DNA of 24,000 nucleotides from Acidithiobacillus sp. M4-SHS-6 (GCF_047421495.1 NZ_CP175559.1:2165269-2189268), one strand, 5' to 3'. Positions 15,128 through 24,000 are shown, counted from the stretch's first letter. Notes: a model not told the origin generated them from the sequence alone. Program-made: numbers and translations.

Positions 15128-15287
15128 ACTGTATGCTCCATTTTCTGCGCTGCATTGGCGCTGCACTGAGCAACGGGACAGTTAGATATAACGCGGGATA
15201 GTGCGGGATACTGATATATGTAACTTGCTGATAATAATCATCTATTAAAAACGCTTATATTTCAAAAAGACTCGGAAATTCCTGCAA

Positions 15288-15345
15288 CTGGATTTAGGTT
15301 CCAGCGCCGCACGGCGTGGGAGTTCGAATCTCCCCTTTCGCACCA
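15288..15345 (+). tRNA. Partial tRNA-Leu(UAG): anticodon arm, long variable arm, T-arm, 3' acceptor and CCA only (att-type remnant, not a functional gene)
   Basis: The anticodon stem-loop is CTGGA-TTTAGGT-TCCAG (U33, anticodon TAG, G37). The variable arm is cgccgcacggcg. The T-arm is GGGAG-TTCGAAT-CTCCC. The 3' acceptor is ctttcgc, followed by A and CCA ending at 15345. The required 5' acceptor strand gcgaaag and a D-arm are absent from the roughly 30 nt upstream. Confidence 0.8.
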
Positions 15346-15458
15346 GATAGCCGTCTACGGATATGGCGAAGGAAATCATCGGCCGGCTCAAAGCCCGAGT
15401 ACCGCTGAATCTCGCTGATCGGCAGCCCCTGCGCTGTGAGCACCGAACGATTTCATGT

Positions 15459-16706
15459 TCATGATGCCGAAGGTATTTTAGAGGCGAATTTCCGGTGTAG
15501 CCAATATTCTGTGAGTGCCAGAATACCTGCGCCGAGAATCGCCGTGACACAGGCATAGAAATATGAATCCGGTTGATCAACCGTAAAAATGACCCCCATG
15601 ACGACATTCGAGACGAACAAGCCCAGCGCCCGGCTCATGCCCAGCAATCCCATCCCCCCGGAAAGTTCTCCGGACTGCACCAGGTAAGAGGTTAGCACCG
15701 GCTCAAATGTCTCAACGGCTCCGGTGGCGATCCCCAGCAAGGCGGCCCCCAGGTAGAACAGCAGGAGACCGGAATCCACCAGATAAGACACTCCGATAAT
15801 GAGGGAGCCTACCCCGGCCAGGGCATAGCCAGTCGTCCAGAGGGCACGGATGGGACGTAGGGCGCTGGACCCCAGCACGTAGCCAGCCGCAGAAGAAAAA
15901 CCCAGGTAGATACCAAAGGTTAGGACACCCAACGCAGCGCTGGCCTGTGACTCTGCCACCGAAAGTATCGGGAAGCCCAGGGCATAATAACTGAATCCGA
16001 ACAGGGTTGCGGCCAGAAGCACGAATTGGAAGATCCGCCGGTTGATGCGCGGTGGATATTGGGGAAACTGAACCTTCGAGGCGGGGACAGTACCTGTGGA
16101 CGGCGAGGTCACAGCGAATGGCACATAGTGCACAAGGGCCAGACAGACGCTGGAGAGCAGAATTGGAAAAATACTCACAACAAGTATGTCGTGGTAGGAA
16201 ACATGGTAGAGAATCAGGATGATGACATAGACCACGGCGATCAGGCCACCTCCAACATCCAGCGCATGAAGAAACCCGAAGACTTTCGTTCGGTGTTCCG
16301 GTTTGGATACTTCCACAAGCATGGCCCGCCGCGCCGGGGTCCGGAAAAAGCGTGCCCACCAACCCAGAGTAAAAAGGATGCCGATGATCCAGACATTGGA
16401 GAAAAAACCCGCGAGGGACATCAGGGGAATGAGCAGATTACCGACAAGTGCCACGGTTTTTCGATTGTATCTGTCACCTGCCTTCCCTCCCAGAAAAGCA
16501 AACAGTGATCCACCGCCAAAGGCCAGCGCCAGCAACAGGCCATATACGTAGGGCGGTTCTTTCATGTTCAGAATGATCAGCAGGGAAAATATGGAGGTGA
16601 CTGCCTGATAGCCCCCGTCGGCAAAGAATGCCGACAAGGACAGAAGTAACACATTTCTGTTGAGCCAACCATAAGGTCCGGCGGGGGGATGGATGCTGCC
16701 GGCCAT
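15459..16706 (-). CDS. MFS-type transporter (12-TM-like)
   Basis: It is 415 aa and hydrophobic throughout, with a G-x-x-x-D-R-x-x-R-K-like loop motif (GGKAGDRYNRK) after TM2. Substrate is unknown. Confidence 0.8.
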   Translation of the reverse strand: MAGSIHPPAGPYGWLNRNVLLLSLSAFFADGGYQAVTSIFSLLIILNMKEPPYVYGLLLALAFGGGSLFAFLGGKAGDRYNRKTVALVGNLLIPLMSLAGFFSNVWIIGILFTLGWWARFFRTPARRAMLVEVSKPEHRTKVFGFLHALDVGGGLIAVVYVIILILYHVSYHDILVVSIFPILLSSVCLALVHYVPFAVTSPSTGTVPASKVQFPQYPPRINRRIFQFVLLAATLFGFSYYALGFPILSVAESQASAALGVLTFGIYLGFSSAAGYVLGSSALRPIRALWTTGYALAGVGSLIIGVSYLVDSGLLLFYLGAALLGIATGAVETFEPVLTSYLVQSGELSGGMGLLGMSRALGLFVSNVVMGVIFTVDQPDSYFYACVTAILGAGILALTEYWLHRKFASKIPSAS

Positions 16707-16861
16707 TCCGCTCAGCCGAACCAGAAAAAACCAGGATGCCGAGTGCGCTCAGAGAGCAGGGAGGCGATGATGGACGCGGAACATGGGCATGGCGTAGTTT
16801 CGTTTCTCAATGATTCAGCGAGTGCGTACAATTTATCGGACATCTGTTCCTCGTTTAACGG

Positions 16862-17533
16862 TTATTGTGGCTTTTCCTTTTCACCCAGCAAAAATCTCGG
16901 ATCAGGCAGGCACAACTGTGCGCCCGCCTGGGTCAGACGCGACTCATTGTGCACACCGCAGAGTACGCCGATCGGTAAAACACCGGCGGCCACGGCCATC
17001 TCCATGTCATGTACCGTATCGCCGACCATGACAGCGGCTTTCGGCGGCAATTGGTAATGATCCAGCAGCTCTTCGAGCATGAGAGGGTCAGGCTTGGAGC
17101 GGGTTTCATCGGCACAACGGCTGGCACCGACAAGTGCCTCCACGCGAGGATATTCAGTGAGGATCTTGTCCAGACCCCGACGCGCCTTACCCGTGGCCAC
17201 GGCGAGTTGATAACCCGCATCCACCAGTCTGGACAGGGTTTCTTCGACTCCTGGAAACAGCGGCATGGCGGCTGCAGGCGTCGAAAAAAAACAGTGGCGG
17301 TAACCTTCCAGAATGTGGGCCCGCAGTTTTTCGTCGGCCTCGGGAGCCAACACTGCCAAGGCATCGTTCAGGCCCAGGCCGATGATTTCCTTGTATTGTG
17401 CTTCTCCCCGGTCCTCTAACCCGGCATGAGCAAAGGCATGGGCCAGACAGCGACAGATGGTGGAGATACTGTCCATCAGGGTGCCGTCCCAGTCAAAAAT
17501 AATCAGCCGTCGATCCTGCAACAAGGGAATCAT
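16862..17533 (-). CDS. HAD-superfamily hydrolase (phosphoglycolate-phosphatase-like)
   Basis: HAD motif I is IIFDWDGTLMDS, motif II is AVATGK, and motif III/IV is K...VMVGDTVHDMEMAVAAG. Its start overlaps the rluC stop as ATGA (17533-17530). Confidence 0.82.
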   Translation of the reverse strand: MIPLLQDRRLIIFDWDGTLMDSISTICRCLAHAFAHAGLEDRGEAQYKEIIGLGLNDALAVLAPEADEKLRAHILEGYRHCFFSTPAAAMPLFPGVEETLSRLVDAGYQLAVATGKARRGLDKILTEYPRVEALVGASRCADETRSKPDPLMLEELLDHYQLPPKAAVMVGDTVHDMEMAVAAGVLPIGVLCGVHNESRLTQAGAQLCLPDPRFLLGEKEKPQ

Positions 17534-18483
17534 GGGTAAGGCGCCTGTCGTAATTGCTGCAGCACAGCCTCCAGTTCGGCCGGTAAAGGGGCCTGGATAT
17601 ATATGGGCTGCTGATCGCGGGGATGCGCAAAACGAATACTGGCAGCATGCAGAAACAGCCGCTGCAAACCCAAACCGCGCATGCGCTGATTAAAGGCGGG
17701 ATCTCCATATTTTTCATCGCCGGCGACGGCATGGGCAATGGCCTGCAGATGCACGCGAATTTGATGGGTGCGCCCGGTATCCAGATCAGCCTCCACAAGG
17801 GTTGCACCGGGAAGATGCTCCCGGGCCGAGAAACGGGTATGGGCGGCCTTGCCGGCGACGGGATCCACCCGCACCATACGCTCGCCAGATTGCAGGGTAT
17901 TTTTGCGCAGGGGCAGGCGGACCGAACGCGCTGGTCCTTTCCAGTCACCCCAGGCCAGGGCCAGATAGTGTTTTTCCATCTGCCCCTGACGCAAGCTTTG
18001 ATGGAGTGCGCGCAGTGCCGAACGCTTCTTGCTGAGTACCAGACATCCGGAAGTATCCCGATCCAGGCGGTGCACCAGCTCCAGCTCCCGGGCTTCCGGG
18101 CGTAACTGACGCAGGGCCTCGATGATGCCCCAGCTCAAACCGGAGCCGCCATGCACCGCCAGCCCGCTGGGCTTGTCCAGCACCAGCAGATGACTGTCTT
18201 CAAAAAGGACCGCCGCTTCCAGCTGGCTGCGCAGATGGACGGGCAGCACTACCGGATCGTTGGGTTCCGGCACCCGCATCGGAGGCAGACGCAATACATC
18301 GCCCAAGGCAATGTGATAATGGGGCCGCGCCCGCCCCTTGTTCACCCGAACCTCGCCACTCCGCAGGATTTTGTAGATGTGCGAGCGGGGCACGCCTTTC
18401 ATGACCCGCAGGAGGAAATTATCCAGACGCTGGCCTGCATCGGCATCGGTCACCAGCCACTGCCGCACTCCGCTTTCCGCCAT
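17530..18483 (-). CDS. rluC: 23S rRNA pseudouridine synthase, RluC-like (RluA family with S4 domain)
   Basis: The S4 domain is GQRLDNFLLRVMKGVPRSHIYKILRSGEVRVNKGR. The catalytic motif is HRLDRDTSGCLVLSK. HQIRVHL is also present. It is divergent from rne, as in many proteobacteria. I start it at the ATG at 18483 (MAESGVRQW), not at the track start of 18612. Confidence 0.88.
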   Translation of the reverse strand: MAESGVRQWLVTDADAGQRLDNFLLRVMKGVPRSHIYKILRSGEVRVNKGRARPHYHIALGDVLRLPPMRVPEPNDPVVLPVHLRSQLEAAVLFEDSHLLVLDKPSGLAVHGGSGLSWGIIEALRQLRPEARELELVHRLDRDTSGCLVLSKKRSALRALHQSLRQGQMEKHYLALAWGDWKGPARSVRLPLRKNTLQSGERMVRVDPVAGKAAHTRFSAREHLPGATLVEADLDTGRTHQIRVHLQAIAHAVAGDEKYGDPAFNQRMRGLGLQRLFLHAASIRFAHPRDQQPIYIQAPLPAELEAVLQQLRQAPYP

Positions 18484-18510
18484 ATTTTCACTGCTCCAAC
18501 ATTTTTTCGA

Positions 18511-18540
18511 TTGCGATTCTATTCTTTTATGGCATATATT
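18511..18540 (+). promoter_or_regulatory. Putative sigma70 promoter for rne
   Basis: TTGCGA (18511-18516), an 18-nt spacer, then TATATT (18535-18540). This would give a 5' UTR of about 135 nt. Confidence 0.3.
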
Positions 18541-18681
18541 GCGAGTCAGGACGCTGCGCTGACAGAGTGCGGCTCCCGATTTAGCATCGAAGGGCAAGCC
18601 TTTCGGTCCCAATTACGAACGCTGCGCTCCCCGGCCTGCTTGCATGAGCAGACGGGTTGAGCGCCGGAGAAAGAAGAACTT

Positions 18682-20895
18682 ATGAAAAGGATGTTGATTA
18701 ACGCCACCCATGCGGAGGAGCTGCGGGTGGCTTTGGTAGATGGTCAAAAACTCCTCGATCTCGACATTGAGCGCGCCTACAAGGAACAGAAAAAGAGCAA
18801 TATCTACAAGGGGAAAATCACCCGGGTGGAGCCCAGTCTGGAAGCGGCCTTTGTGGATTATGGCGCCGAACGGCACGGGTTTCTGCCCCTCAAGGAAATT
18901 GCCCGGGAATACTTCCAGCAACAGGAACCTGGACAAGGCCGCAAACGCATTCAGGAACTGATTCGCGAAGGCCAGGAAGTCATTGTCCAGGTGGACAAGG
19001 AAGAACGTTCCAGCAAAGGCGCTGCCCTCACCACCTTCGTCAGCCTGGCGGGACGCTATCTGGTCCTCATGCCCAACAACCCCCGGGCGGGAGGGGTTTC
19101 CCGGCGCATCGAAGGGGATGATCGCACCCAGATCCGCCAGCATTTGCAACTGCTGGATATTCCCGAAAACATGGGGGTCATTGCCCGCACTGCCGGCATC
19201 GGTCAGGAACCGGAAGCCCTGCATCGTGATCTCGAATATCTGAAACAGATCTGGCAAGCCATTGTCGATGCGGCAGCAACCCATGCTGCGCCCTTTCTGA
19301 TTTACCAGGAAGGCAACGTGGTTGTCAGGGCGCTGCGCGATCATTTCTCGGAAGACATCGGTGAAGTCCTGATTGATGAAGAAGGCGCATACCACGCTGC
19401 CGTGCAGTTCATGGCTGCGATGATGCCCAAGATGGTGCACCGCCTGAAGTATTACGATAATGATGTCCCGCTGTTCAGTCGCTATCAGATTGAACAGCAG
19501 ATTGAATCCGCCTTCAGTCGCGAAGTGCGCCTGGAATCGGGGGGCGCTATTGTCATTGATCATACCGAGGCGCTGGTTGCGGTGGATGTCAATTCCGGTC
19601 GCTCTACCAAGGGTCAGGATATTGCCGAAACCGCCTTCCGGACCAATCTGGAGGCGGCGGAAGAAATCGCCCGACAGATTCGCCTGCGGGATCTCGGCGG
19701 TCTGATTGTCGTGGATTTCATCGATATGGAATCTCCCAAACATCAGCGCGAAGTGGAAGCCAAGCTCAAGGAAGCCCTCAAGCTGGATCGGGCGCGGGTA
19801 CAACTGGGTCGTATTTCCCGTTTTGGCCTGATGGAACTGTCCCGGCAACGGCTGGGCGCCAGCCTGGAAGAAGCCTCTTCCGAGCCCTGCCCGCGTTGTA
19901 ATGGCACGGGTCAGATCCGCGGTTGCGAAGCCACCAGCATGCACGTCCTGCGCCTGCTCCAGGAAGAATGCATGAAACCCGGACCCGCCGAGGTCCATGG
20001 TGAAGTTCCGGTGGACGTGGCGGTTTATCTGCTCAATGAAAAACGCCTGCCCATTCTGGAGCTGGAAGCCAAAACAGAGACCCGCATTGTCATCATTCCC
20101 AAGCCTGAGCTGGTAACCCCCCACTACAAAATCGAACGCATACGCATGGAAGCCAGTACCGTGCGAACCCTGCCACTGCCGCAAAACCTGAGTCATAATG
20201 TCCCGCTGACCAGGCCCAGTCGTCCGGGTCCGGAATCGGCCGCCCTCAGCCCACTGACAGCGCCGCCACCACCGGATATTCTCCCTCCGCTCCGCAGCCC
20301 TGCCCCGGCAACGGCCAAAAGCAACACCAGCAAAGCGGCCCTTTCGGAGGAAGGCATTCTGGCACGACTGGTGCGCGCCCTGGTGTCACGCTATATGCCT
20401 GTGGATGCCGCCACCTTTATGGCGGAAAGCCGTGGTGCCGAAACGACTGCGGAAAGCTCGGCCGATGCCGAGGGGGGTGAAGACAGCCCCACAGAGGAAA
20501 ATCGCAGTCGGCGGCGGCGGCGCGGTGGTCGTCGGGCCAGGGCTCGGCGTTCCACCCAGAATAATGGCGGGGAAACCGAAAACGCTCAGGAAGCAGAATC
20601 CGCAGAGGACACGCATCCTGCCCCGAAGGCCAAGGCATCGGTCAGGACAATGGCCAAGTCCGGTCAGCCGCCAGCGCCAAAAGAGGAACTGGTCTATCCC
20701 GGCCCCGTTCCGGCCGCGGACGACTGGCACCTGATGCTGGTATCCACTCCGACCGCCATAACTGGCGCGGAAACCGATCCTGCACAATCTTCAGCCCTGG
20801 TGACGGCAGAAACAGGCATTGCTTCGGAAGATACCGCTGCGGCCCCGAGCAGCTCGGCGCCCCAGGCCGCTTTGGAATCCGTGCCCGAAGACTAG
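18682..20895 (+). CDS. rne: Ribonuclease E
   Basis: [30 protein letters not shown]...[34 protein letters not shown]...VDVNSGR...[11 protein letters not shown] is the canonical RNase E/G catalytic half, including the CPRCNGTG Zn-link. It is followed by a disordered Pro/Ala/Arg-rich tail ([16 protein letters not shown]). Confidence 0.97.
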   Translation: MKRMLINATHAEELRVALVDGQKLLDLDIERAYKEQKKSNIYKGKITRVEPSLEAAFVDYGAERHGFLPLKEIAREYFQQQEPGQGRKRIQELIREGQEVIVQVDKEERSSKGAALTTFVSLAGRYLVLMPNNPRAGGVSRRIEGDDRTQIRQHLQLLDIPENMGVIARTAGIGQEPEALHRDLEYLKQIWQAIVDAAATHAAPFLIYQEGNVVVRALRDHFSEDIGEVLIDEEGAYHAAVQFMAAMMPKMVHRLKYYDNDVPLFSRYQIEQQIESAFSREVRLESGGAIVIDHTEALVAVDVNSGRSTKGQDIAETAFRTNLEAAEEIARQIRLRDLGGLIVVDFIDMESPKHQREVEAKLKEALKLDRARVQLGRISRFGLMELSRQRLGASLEEASSEPCPRCNGTGQIRGCEATSMHVLRLLQEECMKPGPAEVHGEVPVDVAVYLLNEKRLPILELEAKTETRIVIIPKPELVTPHYKIERIRMEASTVRTLPLPQNLSHNVPLTRPSRPGPESAALSPLTAPPPPDILPPLRSPAPATAKSNTSKAALSEEGILARLVRALVSRYMPVDAATFMAESRGAETTAESSADAEGGEDSPTEENRSRRRRRGGRRARARRSTQNNGGETENAQEAESAEDTHPAPKAKASVRTMAKSGQPPAPKEELVYPGPVPAADDWHLMLVSTPTAITGAETDPAQSSALVTAETGIASEDTAAAPSSSAPQAALESVPED

Positions 20896-20896
20896 A

Positions 20897-22300
20897 TCAG
20901 GCGCCCTGCCGGCGCCAGGTGGTGCCGGCAGGGCTGTCTTCCAGAATGACGCCAGCGGCGCTCAGTTCCTCGCGAATGGCGTCGGCACCAGCAAAATCTT
21001 TTTGCTGGCGAGCAGCAAGGCGGGCGGCAATGCGGTCTTCAATCCAGGCGTTATCACCCGCATCAGCACCGCCTCGGAAGTAGCTCTCCGGATCTTCCTG
21101 CAAAATTCCAAGCATGGCCGCCAGTTCCCGCAGGAGTGTTGCCAGGGGTGCCGCCACTTCGCTTTTCTCATCACGCAAGCGATTGATTTCCCTAGCTAGG
21201 TCAAACAGGGTTGCGAGCGCCGCCGGGGTATGAAAATCATCACTCATGGCCGCATGAAAGCGTTCCCGCCATTCGCTGCCCAGCTCCGGCACAATCTGAC
21301 GCTGGGGCATCCCGCGCAGGGCCGTATAAAGTCGGGTGAGCCCGGCCCGGGCCTGCTCCAGTCCTTCATCGCTGTAGTGCAGGGGACTACGGTACTGGCT
21401 GGAAAGAATGAAAAAGCGCAGCACTTCCCCGGAAAACAGCGGCAGCAATTCGCGCACGGTCAAAAAATTATTCAGGGACTTGGACATTTTTTCGTCATTG
21501 ATCCGCACAAAACCGATGTGCATCCAGTAACGGGCAAAGGCACAACCTGCCCCCTGGGATTGGGCGATTTCATTCTCATGGTGGGGGAACTGTAAATCCG
21601 CACCACCGCCATGAATGTCAAAACTGCAACCCAGGGCATCCGCAGACATGGCCGAGCATTCGATATGCCAGCCCGGCCGCCCCTCCCCCCAGGGTGAGGT
21701 CCAGGAAGGCTCCCCGGGCTTGGCGGCTTTCCAGAGCGCAAAATCCAGGGGATCGCGTTTATCCTCACCCAATTCCACCCGCGCCCCCGCATTGAGCTCG
21801 TCAATGGACTTGCCCGACAGCTTTCCATAGTCCGGAAAACTGCGCACGGCATAATACACATCGCCATTGGCGGCGAGGTAGGCGTGCCCCCGGGCGATCA
21901 ACTCGGCAATCAGGGTTTGCATGGCACCCACATGCTCCGTAGCCCGCGGCTCCAGATCCGGCGGCTGACAGAGCAAAGCCGCCTCATCGACATGCATGGC
22001 ATCAATAAAACGAGCGGTCAGGGCCTGAATGGATTCGCCTTGCTCCCGCGCGCGCCGGATGATTTTGTCATCAATGTCGGTGATGTTGCGCACATAGGTC
22101 ACTTTCAGACCCCGGGCGCGCAGATAACGGACCACCGTATCAAAGGTGACCATCACCCGGGCATGACCCAGATGACAGTGGTCATAAACCGTCATGCCAC
22201 ACACGTAAATGCCCACCTGACCAGGGGTAGCGGGCTCCAGAAGGCGCTTGTCATGATGCATCGTGTCGTAAAGACGAATGGACGGCAGGGCTGGCGACAT
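20897..22300 (-). CDS. cysS: Cysteine--tRNA ligase
   Basis: [20 protein letters not shown] (HIGH), KMSKSLNNF (KMSKS) and WHIECS zinc-site residues are present. The length is 467 aa. The SD gaggaa lies upstream. Confidence 0.96.
   Translation of the reverse strand: MSPALPSIRLYDTMHHDKRLLEPATPGQVGIYVCGMTVYDHCHLGHARVMVTFDTVVRYLRARGLKVTYVRNITDIDDKIIRRAREQGESIQALTARFIDAMHVDEAALLCQPPDLEPRATEHVGAMQTLIAELIARGHAYLAANGDVYYAVRSFPDYGKLSGKSIDELNAGARVELGEDKRDPLDFALWKAAKPGEPSWTSPWGEGRPGWHIECSAMSADALGCSFDIHGGGADLQFPHHENEIAQSQGAGCAFARYWMHIGFVRINDEKMSKSLNNFLTVRELLPLFSGEVLRFFILSSQYRSPLHYSDEGLEQARAGLTRLYTALRGMPQRQIVPELGSEWRERFHAAMSDDFHTPAALATLFDLAREINRLRDEKSEVAAPLATLLRELAAMLGILQEDPESYFRGGADAGDNAWIEDRIAARLAARQQKDFAGADAIREELSAAGVILEDSPAGTTWRRQGA
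20903..20934. terminator. GC-rich hairpin directly after the rne stop, inside the cysS 3' coding end
   Basis: gccctgccggc (20903-20913) pairs perfectly with gccggcagggc (20924-20934), with a 10-nt loop. No clear U-tract follows on either strand, so terminator function is uncertain. Confidence 0.35.
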
Positions 22301-22312
22301 GAATTCCTCGTT

Positions 22313-23761
22313 TCAGAGATATTGGGGGACGGTACGCAGGCGCTCTCGGGCACGCTCCATACCGATCAAGGGCAACAGGGCTGCCAGTTCCGGCCCATGA
22401 CACAGTCCGGTCAAGGCAGCCCGCAGGGGCATGAACAGGGACTTTCCTTTGAGTCCGCTTTCCTGCTGCAGGCTCTTGGTCCAGATCCGGTAATCGCCGG
22501 CGGACTGCTGGAGAAGTCTTTCAGCCAATGGCCAGAATGCCGCCGGGGCTTCAGCCAGCGCCAGTAGTGCCGCCGCTTCTTTCGCCAGCCCGGCGAATTC
22601 CTGATCGCTGAAGCAGCGTCTGGCCCAATCCAGGGCATCTGCGGGAAGCCGTATATTGGCACGCAGCGCCGCCACAAAAGCCATTGCCATCCCTTCGGGT
22701 ACCATATCCCGCAATGGGCCAGGAGCAGCGACGAGCCAGTCCCAAAGCTCTGCGTCAGTCAGTTCCTGAAGAGCCAGATGCTGCCAGTGCTGCAGTTGGA
22801 CCAGATCAAAATGTCCCGGCGCGCGGCTGATGTTTTCTAATGAAAATCCAGAAGCCAGAGCCGCATCGTCCAGCAATTCCGATGCTGCATAATGGTGACC
22901 CAGACGGGCCAGATAATTGCGGACGGCTGCCGGGAGATATCCCTCGGATCGCAAATCCCGCAAACTGGCCGCACCATGACGTTTGGAAAGGGGCTGACCA
23001 TCCCCGCCCAGCAAAAGGGGCAGGTGCGCATATTCCGGCACAGGCAACTGCAGCGCTTGCAAGATCAGGATCTGACGCGGGGTATTGCTGAGATGATCTT
23101 CCCCCCGCAAGACCAGATTCACCCCCATCAGGGCATCATCGACGGCGTTGGCAAAGAAAAAAGCGGGGCTGCCATCACTGCGACGAATCACGAAATCGCC
23201 CAGATCAGCCAGGGCATAACTGCGCTCTCCCCAGACCCGATCGGGCACGTTCAGTATCCCGGTATCCGGCACCCGAAAACGCAGGACCGGATGAATGCCC
23301 TGGGCTGCCAATGCCTGCCGCTGGGCGGAGTCCAGATGACGGCAACGTCCTCCGTAGCGCGGTGACTTTCCGGAAGCGCGTTGCACGGCTCGTTCCGCTG
23401 CCAGATCTTCGGGGCTGCAATAACAGGGATAGGCCTGCTCTGCCGCGAGCAGCATGGCATAGTATTTCTGGTAAATATCCAGCCGCTCCATCTGCCGATA
23501 AGGGCCTGCCGGGCCACCCAGATCAGGTCCTTCATCCCAGCGCAGACCCAACCAATGCAGATCTTCGAGAAGGGCTTTTTCATAGATTTCCGGGGAACGA
23601 GCCTGATCGGTATCTTCCAGACGCAGGACAAAACGTCCTCCTGCGCCACGGGCTGCCAACCAGGCAAACAAGGCGGTGCGGGCATTGCCCAGATGGAGAT
23701 ATCCGGTGGGACTGGGGGCGAAGCGACTCTTGAGATTCATAGTGGTATAGTATTGCGCCAT
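22313..23761 (-). CDS. gltX: Glutamate--tRNA ligase
   Basis: SRFAPSPTGYLHLGNARTALFAWL (HIGH region), RLEDTD, and LSKRHGA (KMSKS variant) are present. The length is about 480 aa. The start may instead be the ATG at 23740 (MNLKSRFAPSPTG). It lies 12 nt upstream of cysS, so the two are probably co-transcribed. Confidence 0.92.
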   Translation of the reverse strand: MAQYYTTMNLKSRFAPSPTGYLHLGNARTALFAWLAARGAGGRFVLRLEDTDQARSPEIYEKALLEDLHWLGLRWDEGPDLGGPAGPYRQMERLDIYQKYYAMLLAAEQAYPCYCSPEDLAAERAVQRASGKSPRYGGRCRHLDSAQRQALAAQGIHPVLRFRVPDTGILNVPDRVWGERSYALADLGDFVIRRSDGSPAFFFANAVDDALMGVNLVLRGEDHLSNTPRQILILQALQLPVPEYAHLPLLLGGDGQPLSKRHGAASLRDLRSEGYLPAAVRNYLARLGHHYAASELLDDAALASGFSLENISRAPGHFDLVQLQHWQHLALQELTDAELWDWLVAAPGPLRDMVPEGMAMAFVAALRANIRLPADALDWARRCFSDQEFAGLAKEAAALLALAEAPAAFWPLAERLLQQSAGDYRIWTKSLQQESGLKGKSLFMPLRAALTGLCHGPELAALLPLIGMERARERLRTVPQYL

Positions 23762-23796
23762 AAGCCGACTCGCAATGACAAAACGGCAACAGGGTA

Positions 23797-23832
23797 CTTG
23801 GTAAAAGGCGGCACAGCCTGTCTTTTACCAAG
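23797..23832. promoter_or_regulatory. Perfect 11-bp inverted repeat in the divergent gltX / downstream-gene intergenic region
   Basis: cttggtaaaag (23797-23807) and cttttaccaag (23822-23832) are separated by a 14-nt spacer that itself can pair (ggc/gcc). There is no upstream convergent gene for it to terminate. Confidence 0.35.
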
Positions 23833-23856
23833 CATTCAGGACATGGAAGAAACGTA

Positions 23857-24000
23857 ATGGCTCAGACTGACGGCTCCAAAGCACGGGGCAAGGCAACCCG
23901 GCGTCCCCGGTATGGCCGCTGGATTTTGTTGATCATCCTGCTGATTTTCATCAATATCGGCATCGGTATCGGTATTTACGTGTATCGCATCTGGGACGAC
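23857..24000 (+). CDS. Hypothetical membrane-anchored protein, N-terminal part (runs off the window end)
   Basis: ATG at 23857 with ggaag upstream. Translation is MAQTDGSKARGKATRRPRYGRWILLIILLIFINIGIGIGIYVYRIWDD: a basic N-terminus followed by one TM helix. Function cannot be determined from 48 aa. Confidence 0.5.
   Translation, partial: MAQTDGSKARGKATRRPRYGRWILLIILLIFINIGIGIGIYVYRIWDD

Noticed and set aside
15346-15461. Small ORFs just right of the tRNA fragment: plus strand MAKEIIGRLKARVPLNLADRQPLRCEHRTISCS, and a minus frame with LTAQGLPISEIQRYSGF that vaguely recalls an HTH
   Set aside because: They are too short, have no start/SD support, and the resemblance to an HTH is subjective. 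This may be a relic of the original tRNA-flanking sequence.
15245-15607. 120-aa minus-strand ORF overlapping the tRNA-Leu fragment and the MFS gene's 3' end
   Set aside because: Part of it is the antisense of a tRNA remnant (…FELPRRAALEPKS…), and the rest overlaps the well-supported MFS coding frame. It is spurious.
18613-20196. 527-aa ORF on the minus strand, the second-longest ORF in this part of the window
   Set aside because: It lies entirely antisense to the unmistakable RNase E catalytic domain. Its translation is low-complexity (G/F/L/H/Q-rich) with no motif I recognise. This is the typical shadow ORF of a high-GC gene.
1-24000. Search for CRISPR arrays, rRNA, intact tRNAs, retron-like or long tandem repeats
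   Set aside because: Reading through the intergenic regions, I saw no regularly spaced direct repeats, no rRNA-like stretches and no complete cloverleaf. I cannot exclude short dispersed repeats without a computational self-comparison (dot plot).

Overview
The window has two parts. Positions 1-15345 look like a mosaic accessory region, probably a genomic island. Its right edge is marked by a 58-nt 3' fragment of tRNA-Leu(UAG) at 15288-15345, which looks like an attR-type repeat; no intact tRNA is present in the window. Positions 15346-24000 are ordinary proteobacterial core genes: an MFS transporter, a HAD phosphatase, rluC divergent from rne, then cysS and gltX.

The accessory part contains, in order:
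- A partial YbjQ-family gene.
- A membrane-anchored Mrr-cat nuclease with a topoisomerase-type zinc ribbon.
- A tightly coupled five-gene minus-strand operon (1516-5783): an orphan protein, a Lon-like AAA+ ATPase with no protease domain, and three calcineurin-type metallophosphoesterases. A decayed DEDDh exonuclease stub follows it.
- A Phd/YefM-VapC toxin-antitoxin pair.
- About 3.6 kb of IS and gene debris: IS66, IS110, IS30 and IS1380-like pieces, a frameshifted proB 3' fragment, an intact DksA/TraR-like gene, and a GspE/PilB tail.
- A visibly more AT-rich four-gene SCPU/Csu-type chaperone-usher pilus operon.

The best candidate for an undescribed system is the AAA+/triple-metallophosphoesterase operon, sitting between a nuclease and a TA module. 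I saw no CRISPR array, no rRNA and no intact tRNA. All functional calls rest on motifs I recognised by eye in the translations; nothing was searched against a database. The host is probably a proteobacterium, but I cannot verify a genus.
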